DNA of 64,000 nt from Eledone cirrhosa. Lineage: Eukaryota. Below, one piece after another: positions 38,975 to 52,704 of the stretch. The stretch covers positions 209,250,001 through 209,314,000 of the forward strand of contig OZ024742.1 of assembly GCA_964016885.1 (NCBI GenBank), given 5' to 3'. The notes under the pieces were generated by a model. The model saw only the letters and a program-made list of their open reading frames with translations. It searched no databases and was not told where the DNA came from. A program made the translations under genes and the position numbers. Position 1 is the stretch's first letter. Every line of letters begins with the position of its first letter.

Positions 38975-41141
38975 CTATAATCTTCCTCTTCAAGTGAAAC
39001 TTGAAAAAGTTACTCAGAGATTGGCCGGAGGGGAAAGTATCCGTCTTCAACACTTTCAACCTTGTCCACCACACAATCTCTTTCAGCATGACCACCAAGC
39101 AGATGAAAACTGCCTGCCCTTCCTCCTCTTTAATGGAGGATGGCGGGGCTATCTGCACAATGGACTCAGTCGATAACCGGAATCGTCCTAGACGCGACAC
39201 CAGCTGTTCGACATAGCTCCAAAAGTCAGCGATGCTCGAGCACTGAACGAATGCATGCAATACGGTTTCGTCAACCTGTGCTCATCTCGGACAGGTTAGG
39301 CGGTCAGCACCTCCGTGCCTGTAGAGCGTATCCCGAACCGGCAACGTTCCCCGGTAGCACTGCCAGGCCAGGGATTTCTGGAAATTTTCCATAGGCTCCG
39401 GACTGAGAGTTCTCTTGAAGAGGGCGAACAGCTGATCTTCTTCGACGCCCAGAGTCTCCCTGAGAGCGTCGTCGCACTTCCCCTCCACTAGCCCTATATA
39501 GAACGCCGAGGTGGATGTTCCACCGATATTAGTGCCCAGTTGCTAGAGGGGAGGGGGTTGTGAGCGCTTGGAGACATTCCAGCTTCCAAGCGCTATCCCT
39601 CGGTCTTTTCCTGATCTATGACTGCAGCTATGTGAAGGAGACGAGCTGAGGAAAAGCGCGTCTGGCAAACGGCGACCTCACCTGTTCAGCGTCAAGGAAG
39701 CATCAGAGATGTCGCAGCCTGAGCGCATGTTTGCGCATCATCAGCCACACCATGCCCGGTCCTCCACGCAACGGGTGCTGACAGCAGATGGATCGTCTGA
39801 CCATGGGAGCATGTCCCTTCCACAAAAAGCGGGTGAGAAGGTTCTCTATTTTGGTTAGAGTTGGGCGGGGGCAAGGTACGACGGTCAAGTGGTAGCAAAT
39901 GACAGAGGCGATGTACGCATTGGCCACCTACGCCCAACCTTTCAGAGATAGGCTCCTCTCGGCCTATTTCTGGGTGAATGAGGCCACCCTGCTCGTCACC
40001 TCGCTCCAGTTTTCCTCCATCTGGAGGTCCTGGCCGAACCAGACTCCGGGCAATTTAATCGGTTCTTCCGTTCAGCGCTACACACGCTGTCGGTCGGCAT
40101 GGACTTCCCTCTCCAGGTGCCGAGTTGCAAGCCAACCGACTTTTCTTGGATTATCTTTGCTCCTGTCACCGTTTCGTATTCCTTGAGAGCGGAGCCGAGC
40201 AGCTGGACGTGATTGCAGCTCGCCACCATCAAGGCGACGTAGTCGGCAGACGGCCACACGGATCTCTCGTATCCCTGTTCACGTGGAACCCCCCTCATCG
40301 TCTCCAATTTGTGCAGTAACGGCTCTAGGGCCAGTACATACAAGAGGCACAAGAGGGGACAACCCTGGCGGACCGAGTGCATAATGCTGAACGGCTGCGA
40401 TAGGTAACCTTCACCCTCAATCAAGCATATGTCACTTTGCATCGAGGCGATGCAGCCCCTAAAACCGGGCCCGAAGCCGGCCGCCTCGAGGTAAGTAGCC
40501 AGGTACTGATTGTCGACCCTATCATATACGTTAGAATGATCCAATTTGATCAGGGCCCCACCCGTGCCAGGTTCCTTAACCACCTTCTTTATGATGTATC
40601 GCATAAGATGGAGGTTGTCGTGGATGGATTTGACCGGAATGGCGCATGCCTGCGCCTCTCTCACCAGATCACCGACGACAAGCGCCGCCAATCTCTTTGC
40701 TAGCACCTTGGAGAAATCTTGAACTCTACGTTTAGCAGGGATATGAGCCTGAAATTGTCTAAAACGTCCTCCTTGTTCGGGTCTTTTCTCAGCAACGTCA
40801 CCGCTACCCGGCTCAAAAAACTCGGAATACTCCCGCCCTGCTGCCAGTTGCAATAGACATTTGCAAAGAGGTTGCTGAACAAGTCTGGCATGTATGCATA
40901 AAGCTCGTAGGGCTGACCATCCAAACCTGGCGATTTACCCCACGTGCAGTCAGACATCGCTTCCCGTATTTCACCTGCTGTTATCGGCTTTTCGCAGCAC
41001 TGCGCTGCGATCGTCGAGAGCCGTGGCTGCCCCTCGAGGTATGCACCGAAGTCCATTCTCCGACCGGCCCTCCACCGCTCCCGAACAGTTGAACAAAGTG
41101 CTGTTGAAAAGCCGCACACATCTGCTCGGATTCGAGCAACA
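38975..41141 (-). mobile_element. Truncated, degenerate Tx1/L1-type LINE (same family as 48160-52687)
   Basis: KSPGLDG, NFRLISLLN, SVRQGCPL, CPRC..ETVLHAFVQC; colinear with 50230-52330. Confidence 0.92.
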
Positions 41142-41155
41142 AAGGATTCGAGCAA

Positions 41156-43175
41156 AAAAGACTCCCATGGGAAGGTAGATTGAGTGGACCAAAGCTATAC
41201 GGAACCCCCAAAACAATGATCAGGTAAGAAAAATGGTCGCACATGCAATAGGGGCTAGTATCAAAACTACCCTAAAGGGCCACATATTCAAGTTCAACGA
41301 GAAGATCTACACCCAAAATGAGCAGCCATTGGTGTCAGCATAGCTGATGATGTTGCCAACCTTTTTATGGTATGGTGGGAAAGGAGACTTAAAGATCTCC
41401 TTAATGAGAGCTCCATAGACCTCATCATGTACTCTCGTTACGTAGACGATATCAATATAGTTATAAGAACATCCCCACTAGAGAGCACTAACAAGTTTGA
41501 TTTAGAACGTAGCACAATGGAAAGCATCCAGCAGATAGCTAATTCCATACACCAGAGTATAACTGTAACTATTGACTACCCTTCCAAACACCCTAACAAT
41601 AGGCTACCTGTATTAGACACGGAACTCTGGATTAACACTATAGACGAGAGAGCCCAAATTCTCCACTCACACTATGCTAAACCCATGGCCTCCAAATACC
41701 TGATACTCAAAAACTCAGCAATGTCCAGTAGTGCTAAGTTTAATATTCTGATCGCAGATTTGGTACGAGTGATGAAGAATGTGTCCCGCATGTGCGACCC
41801 AACAGAAATGGAAAGACACATCCAACACTTCATCAACCGCATGCAGTTCTCTGGCTACAACCAAAGAGACAAAGTCAGAGTATACGAAGGAGCCATGGAG
41901 AAGTATAAGACCCTCATAGAACTGGACATGAAAGGAATTTGCCGATTATACAGGAGCAAATCCTGGAATAGCTTAGATAGGGCTAGACATAAGATAGGGA
42001 AAGCCACCTCATGATACGACAACCAGAGATACCAGAGAGTCATGTTTGTGGATGCTACCCCTGGAGGGAAATTAGCTAACCAGTGTAGAAAGGCCCTGAG
42101 AAAGACCCACTTAAAGATTAAGGTGGTAGAAAAGCCAGGAACCACCATAAGATCCCTGATCAGCAAAACCTACCCTTTTAAGAAAACCCACTGTACTAAT
42201 AGGAAGTGTATCATATGTAAGGTAAAGCCCCGGATAAACTGTAAAACTAGAAACGTAGTCTATAGCATAAGATGTACAGAGGGTACTTGCAGAAACATGA
42301 CAACAACATACATAGGCGAAACAGCTCGTAGCATAGGTGAAAGGATAGACCAACACAGGGGGGAACTAAAAGGACGAAAAAACGGGTCAGTACTATACGA
42401 ACATTCCAGACAACAACACGACGGTAACATAGACAACATAGAAATTAGAATAATATCTAAACATAGAAATGACCCAGCAGATAGGCAAATCAGAGAGGCC
42501 AGTGAAATAGAACTTAGAAGGCCAAGACTAAACAGAAAGAATGAATGGAATAACAACAACACCCAAACAAACAACACTGACCTAAGAGAAGTATAAATAA
42601 ATAGATAAATAAATAAATAAATAAATACATACGCAAGCACAATAACAACAAACACATATAAACACACACTAGTAAACATAGAACACATTAACAAATACAC
42701 AATCACCCAATCACGAACACACATAAAACAAAACACTATACACACACGCAAACGAATGCGCAAAGAAGACAAAATAAAATAAACAAACAAACAAATAAAT
42801 AAATAAATATATAAACAGACTAAATAAAGATGGCGTAGAAATACAGTGCAACGGAAGGAATCTATAGCACCACTGACGATGTTGCAGATGTGCAACGAAA
42901 GAACTTTGATAAACTATATATATGTGTTTGTGTCTATATTGTATCTGTATTATTATTTTTGACCGTTGGTCAGTCAATGGCAACATTGAGGACCGCCTAA
43001 ATTTGATTACCGATATAAAAGACACAGAAGCGAAAAGCGAAAACCAACCAAACAGTGAGTGTGTTCTGTTATTAATTCTGGCAATATTACGCAAATATGA
43101 CCCTCCCCGAGTATAACAATATTTGTTTTGACACACGATTTCATATAAAAAACCTCGCAAAACTAATTCATCCCG

Positions 43176-43180
<5 letters not shown>
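41156..43180 (+). mobile_element. 5'-truncated Penelope-like element of a second (YVDD) lineage
   Basis: RYVDDI, LPVLDTELW; in-frame TGA at 42012; then FVDATPGG..C..C..C..NCKTRNVVY..C..C..YIGETARS..ER..H (GIY-YIG); HHR in 3' UTR; ends at (TA)n. Confidence 0.93.
42863..42918 (+). ncRNA. Type I hammerhead ribozyme
   Basis: tatag cac ca CTGACGA t gttgca gatg tgcaac GAAA GAAC TT tg ataaa ctata; stem I with internal loop. Confidence 0.72.
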
Positions 43181-43272
<92 letters not shown>

Positions 43273-43493
43273 AGTATGTATGTATACGTACATACATATA
43301 TGTATACAGACGTACAGTAGTATGTATATATATACATACATGCACACATATATATATATATATGTACGTATCGGTTTATGGAACATTTATTATAATGTTC
43401 GGTTTGTCTGCTTGTAAACAAACAAACAGCCCGAATTACGCCGTACAGTGTTCAGGCAACCATTGTCGCCCTTTTGTTCAACACTGACACAGG

Positions 43494-43538
43494 AACGATG
43501 TACTAGTTTCAAGCTTATAAGCTATCGTCAGCATCGTC
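43494..43538 (-). ncRNA. Minimal type I hammerhead ribozyme
   Basis: gacgatg CTGACGA tagcttataagctt GAAA CTAG TA catcgtt; 7-bp stem I. Confidence 0.85.
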
Positions 43539-43705
43539 CGATGTCTTTCTATGAATCCGAAATAATCTATCCAACTTACGTAACACGTAAGTTTGTGGTA
43601 TTCCATGATCGAACATATATCTATATATGGCCCCGAACTAATGTATTAGTTTCAGCTACTTCATCTGCTAACGACAGTCCATATGGAGCTGGCGTGCTAT
43701 TAAGC

Positions 43706-43745
43706 ATTCCGTAATCGTTTCAGAGCAGCTTCATCAGCGAGGAAT
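43706..43745 (-). ncRNA. Second, weaker hammerhead-like motif
   Basis: attcctcg CTGATGA ag ctgct ct GAAA cgat TA cggaat. Confidence 0.45.
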
Positions 43746-44773
43746 TAGCCTTTCGGAACATGTCATTACGAGCCGACTGTTTTATTTTGAAGTTATCATT
43801 ACAGTAGTAAACTCCACTTTCAGTGTCATATGACAGTGATGAGAAGGTAAGCAAGAACAGGCTATTTCAAAGACATGCAATAATGTTTCAAATTGAAAAA
43901 GTAAAAAATGAGCCACGAAGTACTCCAACAGGGCTTCCAAGTAGAAAGAAAGAATAAGAATTGAAGACAGTTTATAAAAATCGAACTATAAGAAACAGAG
44001 TAAAAAGTTCAGCATACAATTTTGATGGAGGTTATCTCTGGGAGTTTAAATTATAATGAAACGAAGTCATCGGATGGGACTGAAAATATTTTGATAGTTT
44101 TCCCACTCATCCAATGATTCAATTAAGCCGGTATCATTAAGATACTAACCTGAATGAAAGTAAGGTGAACACGTTACGTTAAATAGGTAGAAAAACTGTT
44201 TCGTGTAGGCATTGAATATCCATTCTAGCACCTGTCAGCGTCACACAGATATATATATACATACACACACGTACGCGCACACAGAGCCATATATAAATAA
44301 ATATAAATATATATATTGCAAACTTGACTGTCACCACTGAATATGAACCTGAAGATTGCGAAAGCATGAAAGTACTTGTTCAATTAACATTTAACATTTA
44401 ATATTCTACCACACTATTTCATTATATTATCATTATAATTTTAAAGGATTGTAAATAAAACCAGTAAATCAGACAAAGTTGGAATTACTTTTATTAATAT
44501 ATATGTATGTATATATATATATATATGATAATAAGGGCGCTGTGGAGTTGCAAATGGGTTACATATGAAAAAAGTTTGTCCTTCATCAGTGATCTTCCAA
44601 CTACCCTAGGCATTTCATCGCTTTAAAGACCATATACCTCCGGTTGGTGCGAGAAACGGCTAAAAAAAGTAGTTGGGACACGTAAATAAAGGGGACGCGA
44701 GGGTAAACAAACAAAATGGTGAGGCAACAGAAAGTGAGGAAGAGGGAGACAAGTCCCAGATTTCTATGAATTT

Positions 44774-45004
44774 AAGTTCGGTGAAATCGTGAACGAGAGA
44801 ATAAAGACCATCAAACCTGGTTGAAATGTGAGCAAGGAAGGAATTTCGCACAGGTCTAACGGGAGGAAGAAGGGGTCTGGTCTGCGAATTCGGTAAACAT
44901 AAGTTCTGTGAAATCGTAGACGAGAGAGAAAAAATTCTGACCAGCTTGGCCGAGAATGTGAGAGAAAAGAGTTACTCACAGGTCAAACGGGAAGAAAGAG
45001 GAGG

Positions 45005-45005
<1 letters not shown>
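44774..45005. repeat. Diverged ~127-bp tandem dimer, followed by (TG)n at 45006-45159
   Basis: aagttc.gtgaaatcgt..acgagaga...aatgtgag...cacaggtc.aacggga repeated. Confidence 0.7.
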
Positions 45006-45092
<87 letters not shown>

Positions 45093-45093
45093 A

Positions 45094-45162
<69 letters not shown>

Positions 45163-45724
45163 AGCGAGAGAGATGGTGGAGATTGATAGATAGGATAGAA
45201 TTATTTCAGTATACTTTTTCTAAAGAAAGACTTGTTCTGCAAATTGGTGCTGGTAAACCGAAACTGTTAGCCTCAACGAGCATAAACAACTCGGCATTTT
45301 ACTGACCCGGTTATTTACTCAAGTGAAAGTTACGTGAGCTTAGGACCCTGCGTGGGCACGTTTTTCTTCTACTATAAACCAACCGAAATTTAAGAATATT
45401 ATCCATTGCACTAAGTTAACCTGACATTCCTATATCTGTCGAAGTTTCTCTCAGAAACATGTTTTGCCCTCTGCAACATTTCGTGGCTTACTCACCTGAT
45501 ATTAATGTGTAAAGACAAAAATACATTATCTCAGATTTCCTATCGAAAATATGTTTTGCTTTAGTAATACTTTATTACTTTATAAGTAGTAAGCTTATAT
45601 TGGTTGACAATTCTGTTTTAATTGATGTTGGATTTCGTATTTCTAATGGTAAGTTTGGCTATCGACAATAACAGTCGGCAACGGATCCAGCTGAAATGAT
45701 GTGTCATATTTTTGTATCTCGGAA

Positions 45725-46018
<294 letters not shown>

Positions 46019-46139
46019 TTATTGCCCGAGTTCAATAGGAGTATCCACAGTAAGTAAGGTACTCAATACATAGCTGAGTGTAAATATTTAATATATAGAA
46101 ATGGCTTCTACAGGATTAGAACTGTTTCATTCGGGACCT

Positions 46140-48160
46140 ATTACTATTATTATTAATATAGTTATTGTTTGAGTCTCAGTCGTTGATGTTATTTAACTGG
46201 AAAGTTTGTTGAAATGAATATCCAGCCGCTACCTGCAGCCTCACATATTCAGGACGTATCGGAGGGTTCTTGCTGTTCCCAGCAAGCATGCCTTTTGAAG
46301 TGTTCCAAAAAGCGGGGCGGGACCAATTTTCTTTAACCATCCTTGGAAACTCTTTGAGATAGTACCTACTGCGCCTATGACAATCGGGACCACTTTGACC
46401 TCATGGCAGTTTCAAATCCTTTTTACCTCCCACTTTAAGTCCTGGTATCGGTTAATTTTCTCCCTCTCCTTCTCTTGCACTCTCGTGTCGAATGGGCAGG
46501 CCACATCCACAATCAGGCACGATCATATTTCCTTGTCCAAAACCACCAGGTCAGGCTTATTGTGTTCTAGTTTCTTGTCCCTCTGTATCCTAAAATCCCA
46601 TAGCACCTCCACCTGATCGTTTTATATCACCGACTCTGGCTTATGCTCATACCACTTCTCAGAATGTGGTAAATTGTTTACTTTGCATAGGTGCCAGTGG
46701 AACACCCTGCCCATCACATCATGTCTCCAGCCTTTATAGAGAGTCTGGGCTAGATGTTTACACTCGGATACAATGTGAGCCACAGTCTCCTCTCTCTCTC
46801 TCCACAGATCCTGCACAGTGGGCTAGCCTCTTCCTTGTAAATATGATGTTTCACCCACTTCGTTTTGAGTGCCTGCTCTTGCGCAGCCATTAGCATTCCT
46901 TCTGTAGCCTTTTAAGGTCTCCTCTTTTTTAACCAGTTCCATGTCTGTGGATCTCTAAATTCAGTTTTCTCAAAGAGTGTACTATGAAGGGATTTTTCAT
47001 GAAGGTTGCTCTTCCTCCTTGTTGTTATTTCCTCCTTGGACATGTCCTGGTCTATTGTCCTCTCCTTCAGTACAATTCTGAGCACTGGCTCCCTACTGTC
47101 GGTCACGTATTTGTGCAGATTGTTTTCTCCATCTGAACACAGTCCTCTATGCTGATAAGACCTCTTCCACCTTCAGATCTCTTTAAGTAGAGTCGATCGA
47201 CATCACTCCTCTTGTGGAACATATTGTAGATAGTCAATAGCTTCCTAGTCTTCCTATCCATTTCTTTTTATTCAGCAACATTCCATTTTAGAAATCCCGC
47301 ACTGTACCTAATAATAGACACAGCACGGGAATTCACTGCACTTATGACATTCCTACTATTTAGACATGATTTTAATACGCTCCTTACTCTCCTAATGTAC
47401 TCAGATCTTATCAATTCCTTCATTTTTTTGTTCTTGATGTCATCTGCCTCCAGAACACCTAAATATTTGTATCCTTCTTCAGTGTCAATTTTCTTTATCA
47501 TCTCACCTGTTGGTACCTGGATTCCGTTGCTTCTGCTCAATTTACCCCTCTTCATCACTAGTACTCCACACTTATTAATACCAAATTGCATACTAAAAAT
47601 TGCATCACTGCTAAAAATACGGACAGTGTCAACAAGTACATCCAACTCCTTCTCACTCTTCCCAGAGAGTTTAAGATCGTCCATGAAGAGGATGTGGTTG
47701 ATGGTAAACTCTCCCTTTCCCAACTTGTATCCTGATCTCACGTTTCGAAGTATAATGGTCAGGAGCATCAAGGCAAGGACAAACAACAGAAGGGACAAAC
47801 TATCTCCCTGGAAGATACCTCTCTTGATCTTCACGCCTCCCAAGGATTCTCCACCCGATGTTAACTCTGTTTCCCAGGACTTCATGCTTTTGCTCAACAA
47901 CTGTCTGATGTTATCTGCCACCTTGAAGGACTCTAGGCTTTTGGTTATCCAAGAATGAGGTATCATGTCGAATGCCTTTTTGTAGTCTATCCATCTCATG
48001 GCAAGACCAGTGCGCTTCCTCTTGCAATTCCTCATTACCATTTTATCAATAAGTAGCTGTTTTTTTGTACCACGAGAATTCTTTCGGCATCCTTTTTGAT
48101 CGTCCGGTAACAAGTTGTTTGTGTGGAGGTGATGGTAGATTTCCTCAGACACAATTCTGC
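46140..48160 (-). mobile_element. R4/Dong-type LINE 3' half with (TAA)n-like tail
   Basis: ORF 47268-48152 RT (WIDYKKAFDMIPHSW, GIFQGDSLS, FMDDLKL, YKYLG); CRIC..ETVAHIVSEC, RHD, PDLVV..DVACPFD. Confidence 0.92.
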
Positions 48161-51100
48161 CCTCAGGCTAAAAAGTTGAGGCCACTTCTCCTACCTACCC
48201 CAGTGCCTCAACTATCAAAACCACCAGCAGCAGAAATGGCAGCAACAACTGTAGCAGCAACAATAGAAGCAGCTGTAGCGGCAACAACCCCAGCAAAACC
48301 AACACCACCACCACCACCCACTCCGCCAGAATTAGCACCAACGCCTCCACCATCCAACACGCCACAACCAAAACCAATGCCTGTAGAGGATTTTCCACTC
48401 CCCGACCTATCAAAACTGGAGACCGATTGTGACGACGAGGAGTGGGAAACTGTATCAGGAAAAAAGAAAAAAAGATAAAGGCCCCAAAAAAGAAAAAATC
48501 CCCTTCCTTCGCCCTCCAAAAACAAAATGCAGGGGGGAACAAATAAGCAAACAAACAAAAAAGTTAGGACAGATATGCCACCATCCATACCAGCATCACC
48601 AGCCCCATTATCACAAACACCAACACCATCACCATCATTACCCACACAACCACCATCACCAACACCACAAAAATCACCAAAAAGCGAAACAGAAACAAAC
48701 CCACAACAAACGCAAACAAAACAAAACAACCAAAACGATACACACTACACAGCATTAAATTTGAACAACAACCAATTATTACACTACATCCAACACAACA
48801 CCAGCATCACAGAAAAAGACTACACAACACCCCAAAAGTTCACACCACATCCACACATAAAAATCACTCGCATCACACAGAAAACGTACACGACACTAAA
48901 ACAAAAATTCCCCAAGGACATTGGAGACTTCCAAAACACTCTCCAGGAGGATTTATAAGCACATCCTTCCGGAGGAGGCCACAAGCAGTGAAGAGGATGG
49001 GGAGACCATCCTTCCTCCACAAGAAGTGAGGTAAGTGGTCTTTCCGATCTTTTTCCACTCCTTTTCAACATGGCCGTACTCATAATAGGCAGTATAAATG
49101 CACGTGGCCTGGGGTGATCTTGGAAGTAGGGTCAACTGCTCAACGATCTCAGGTCACTAAAGATAGATGTGGTGGCCATCAGCGAGACCAGAATCTCCGA
49201 AGCACAAACCTTCGCACCGATCTTCGGCGGCTACGATGTATACGTATCTCCCAGCCGTCCAGGATCGGGGGGAGGGGTTGCCGTCCTTTTTCGGAGAGGC
49301 TTGGATCTCGCCATACGGGCCATCTTCCTATACCCAGAAGGTAAGTTGGTGGTGCTGGACGTGACCGGCAGCGAAGGCAATGCTTTCAGGCTAGTAGCCG
49401 TCTACGGCCCAACAGGGGCAGGACGGCCAGATTTCTTCAGACGTCTAGAGACCTTTTTTGGAACGTCTCGCTCTTTAGTGTTAGTGGGAGACTGGAACGG
49501 TATCTTGGATGCACGCTGGGATTGTGTGGGGCTAGTGGATAGGGGAGGAGGATGCAAGAGCCTCACCAACCTGCTCAGACATTTTGAACTGTCTGACAGG
49601 TATCGACTGGATCACCGGAATGTGCCAATGTGGACATGTACAAACCGCATCGGGTCATCCAGATCGTATCTCGATAGGGTATTCTGCAAAGAACTAGATA
49701 AGGCTAGTATAAGTTGTTCACAATTTAAAATAGTCGACTACACAGACCACAAATTTGTGTTCTGTGAGATCGACATAGACGGACTTCGTGGGCGAGGGCC
49801 CGGTTGCTGGAAGCTGAACGCGTCTTTCCCGCTACGCAAGGCCTACAGGGACCGGATTGGCGTATTAGTTAAGCGGGCGTTGGCGGGGGCGGTCGTCAAC
49901 AACGGGTGGTGGTTCGCCCTGAAAAGGGCAATTAAAGTAGAGTCGATTAGGTTTAGCAAAGGACTAGAGTTAGAGGAAAATAGAGAAGAGGGAGAGATAG
50001 TCAGAAAGCTAGAAGTCGCGTTTAGGACAGGCATCGCAACCGTCGTGCTTGTGGCGGGATTGGCACTCGACCAATTCTTCAACGCAAAACACGAAGGCTG
50101 CGTTGTCAGAGCTGGAGCACGTGCTCTGAAACACAAGGGGACAAAAGCCGTCCAATGGGCCCGGGTGGAAGAGGCGACACGTGGCAACAAAGCCACAACT
50201 TGGTCTTTGTCTGATCAAAACGAGTGCGTGTTGCTCGAACCCAAGCAGATGTGTGAAGATTTTCAGCAGCACTTTGCTGAACTGTTCGGGACCAGCGGCG
50301 GGCCGAAACGCGGCATGGACTTCAGTGCATACCTCGACGGACAGCCTCAGCTCTCGACGACCCCAGCACAGTGTTGTGGAAAACCAATAACAGCCGGTTA
50401 AATACGGGAAGCGATGGCTAACTGCACGAGGGGTAAATCGACAGGTTTGGATGGTCTGCCCTACGAGCTTTATGCATTTATGCCAGACTTGTTCGGTGAC
50501 CTCTTGGCAGACGTCTACTGCAACTGACGGCAGAACGGGAGCATTCCCAGTTTTGTGAGGCGAGGAGCGCTGGAGCTGCTGAGAAAAGACCCGGACAAGG
50601 GGGATGTTATCGATAATTTCAGGCCCATAACCCTGCTAAACGCAGAGTTCATGATTTTGTCCAAGGTGTTAGCAACGAGGTTGGCGCTTGTCGTCAAGGG
50701 TCTGGTGGGACAGGCGCAGACATGTAACATTCCTACAGATCCATCCACGGCAACCGCTACCTCATGCGATACATCATAGAGAGGGTGGTTAGGAAATTGG
50801 CATGGGTCAAAGAATTCGATAGGGTCGACCATCGGTACCTGGCGGTGGTCCTCGAGGCAGCTAGTTTCGGGCACGTTTTCAGTGGTTGGATCGCTGCGAT
50901 GTACAGCGACATCTGCTCATTTGTGAGGGTGAATAGTCACCTGTCGCAGACGTTCAGCATCATGCGCTCGGTCCGCCAGGGTTGTCCCCTCTCGTCCTTC
51001 TTGTACGTATTGGCTCTCGAGCCGTTACTGCACAAACTGGAGGCGATGAGGGGCGCCCCACGCGAACTAGGATGCGGGAAATCCGAGTCGGGACCCAGAC

Positions 51101-52687
51101 ACGTCCAGATGCTCGGCACCGCTCTCAAGGAATGCGAAGCGATGACAAGAGCAAAGGTAAACCAGGAAAAGTCGTTGGGCTTGCAGCTCGGCACCTGGAT
51201 AGGCAAGTCCATGCCGTCCGACAGCGTCGTGGGGCTTTGGGCGAACGGGACGGTTAAATTGCTCGGGGTCTCGTTCGGACCGGACCTCCAGATGGAGAAA
51301 AACTGGAGCGATGTGACCAGCAAGTTGGCCTCCCTCACCCAGAAATGGGCCGAGAGCAAGCTGTCCCTGAAAGGTCGGGCGGAGGTGGCGAATGCGTACA
51401 TCGCATCTGTCATCTGCTGCCGCCTCACCGTCGTCTCTTGCCCCGGCCCAACTCTCACCAAAATGGATCGCCTCCCCTTCCTCTTTTTTTGGAAGGGATG
51501 TGCTCCCATGGTCTGACAATCCATCTGCTATCAACATCCGTTGTGTGGAGGACTGGGCATGCCATGGCTGATGATGCGCAAACATGCGCTGAGGCTGCGA
51601 CATCTCTGGTGCTTCCTTGACGGTGAACAGGTGCGGTCGCCGTTCGCCAGGGACGTTCTCCCACAGCTCGTTTCCTTGACGGAGCTGCAGTACTGGGTCA
51701 GAAAAAGACCGAGGGATAGCGCTTGGAAACTCGAATGTCTCCAGGCGCTCACTGCCCTCTGCCAGCTGGGCACCAGTATCGGTGGAACATCCACCTCGGC
51801 GTTCTATAGAGGACTAGTGGAGGGGAAGGGCGACGACGTTCTCGGAGAGATCCTGTGCGTCGCGGAAGATCAGCTGTTTGCTCTCTTCCTGAGAACTTTT
51901 TTCCCAGGGCCTATGGATAACTTCCAAAAATCCCTGACCTGGCAGTGCTACCGGGGAGCGTTGCCCGTTCGAGATAAGCTCTACAGGCACGCAAGTGCCG
52001 TCAGCCGAGACTGTCCGAGATGCGCGCAGATCGACGAAACCGTCGTAAACGCACTCGTTCAGTGACCGAGCATTGCTGACTTGTGGAGATATGTCGAACA
52101 GTTGCTGTCGCGTGTGGGACTGATCCGGTTATCGACTGAGTCCATTGTGCAGATGGTCTTACCGTCTTCCTTCGAGGAGGAAGGGCAGGCGGTTTTTATC
52201 TGCCTGGTGGCCATGGCGAAAGAGATTGTGTGATGGACAAGGTTGAAAGGGTTAAAGACAGACACTTTCCTCTTCGGCGAATCCCTAATTAACTTTTTCA
52301 AGTTTCACTTGAAGAGGAAAATCAGAGTGGAGAGGCAAGTGCTGCCTTCTAGCAAGTTTCTTGAAAGGCGGGTGAATGTAGCGTGAATGGTCCGAGTGAA
52401 CGGGACCGCTCTGAATATACGTCTGTAGTTTGAGAGATGGAAAAATTGAGAGAGGGGGCTTGCCCTGGTGGACAGGGTGGCCGTGGTCTTTTGTGTGGTT
52501 TTCGCCATGAGTGACCCTCGGAATTTCCCCCCTATTGTGGATTTTTTGTTGTTGAATGTTTTTGATATTTCTATTTTCTTGTAACCTTTTTTACGCGGCC
52601 AAAACGCACTTTATATCGTCCTGTACCATTCTGTGCTGTCTGTAATATTTTTCTTCATGTTAGCCCTTGTGGCCAATAAAGAAACCA
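48160..52687 (+). mobile_element. Near full-length degenerate Tx1/L1-clade LINE
   Basis: Pro/Thr-rich upstream region, ORF2 from ATG 49070, 3' AATAAA followed by (TTA)n. Confidence 0.93.
49070..52428 (+). pseudogene. LINE ORF2 (AP endonuclease-RT-zinc finger), broken by stops and frameshifts
   Basis: SINARGL, AISETR, VYGP, VGDWN, YLDRV, TDHK, GPGCWKLN, NFRPITLLN, SVRQGCPLS, CPRC. Confidence 0.93.
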
Positions 52688-52704
52688 TTATTATTATTAT
52701 TATT

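Larger units (their letters stand above)
43270..43760 (-). mobile_element. Non-coding HHR-bearing element (family of 12073-12480)
   Basis: Shared ribozyme and tail. Confidence 0.75.

Noticed and set aside
42012-42014. In-frame TGA as possible selenocysteine or readthrough in a PLE
   Set aside because: Context (ATS*YD) fits a TGG>TGA Trp nonsense change; no SECIS seen; known selenoprotein PLEs (Naiads) have an N-terminal endonuclease, unlike this element
44575-44630. Possible type II hammerhead on the minus strand (GAAA...CTGATGA)
   Set aside because: No A-U closure or UH after stem III, and stem II is out of register
48065-48958. Proline-rich host gene
   Set aside because: Frameshifted, low-complexity and directly upstream of LINE ORF2; best read as the ORF1 region of the Tx1-like element
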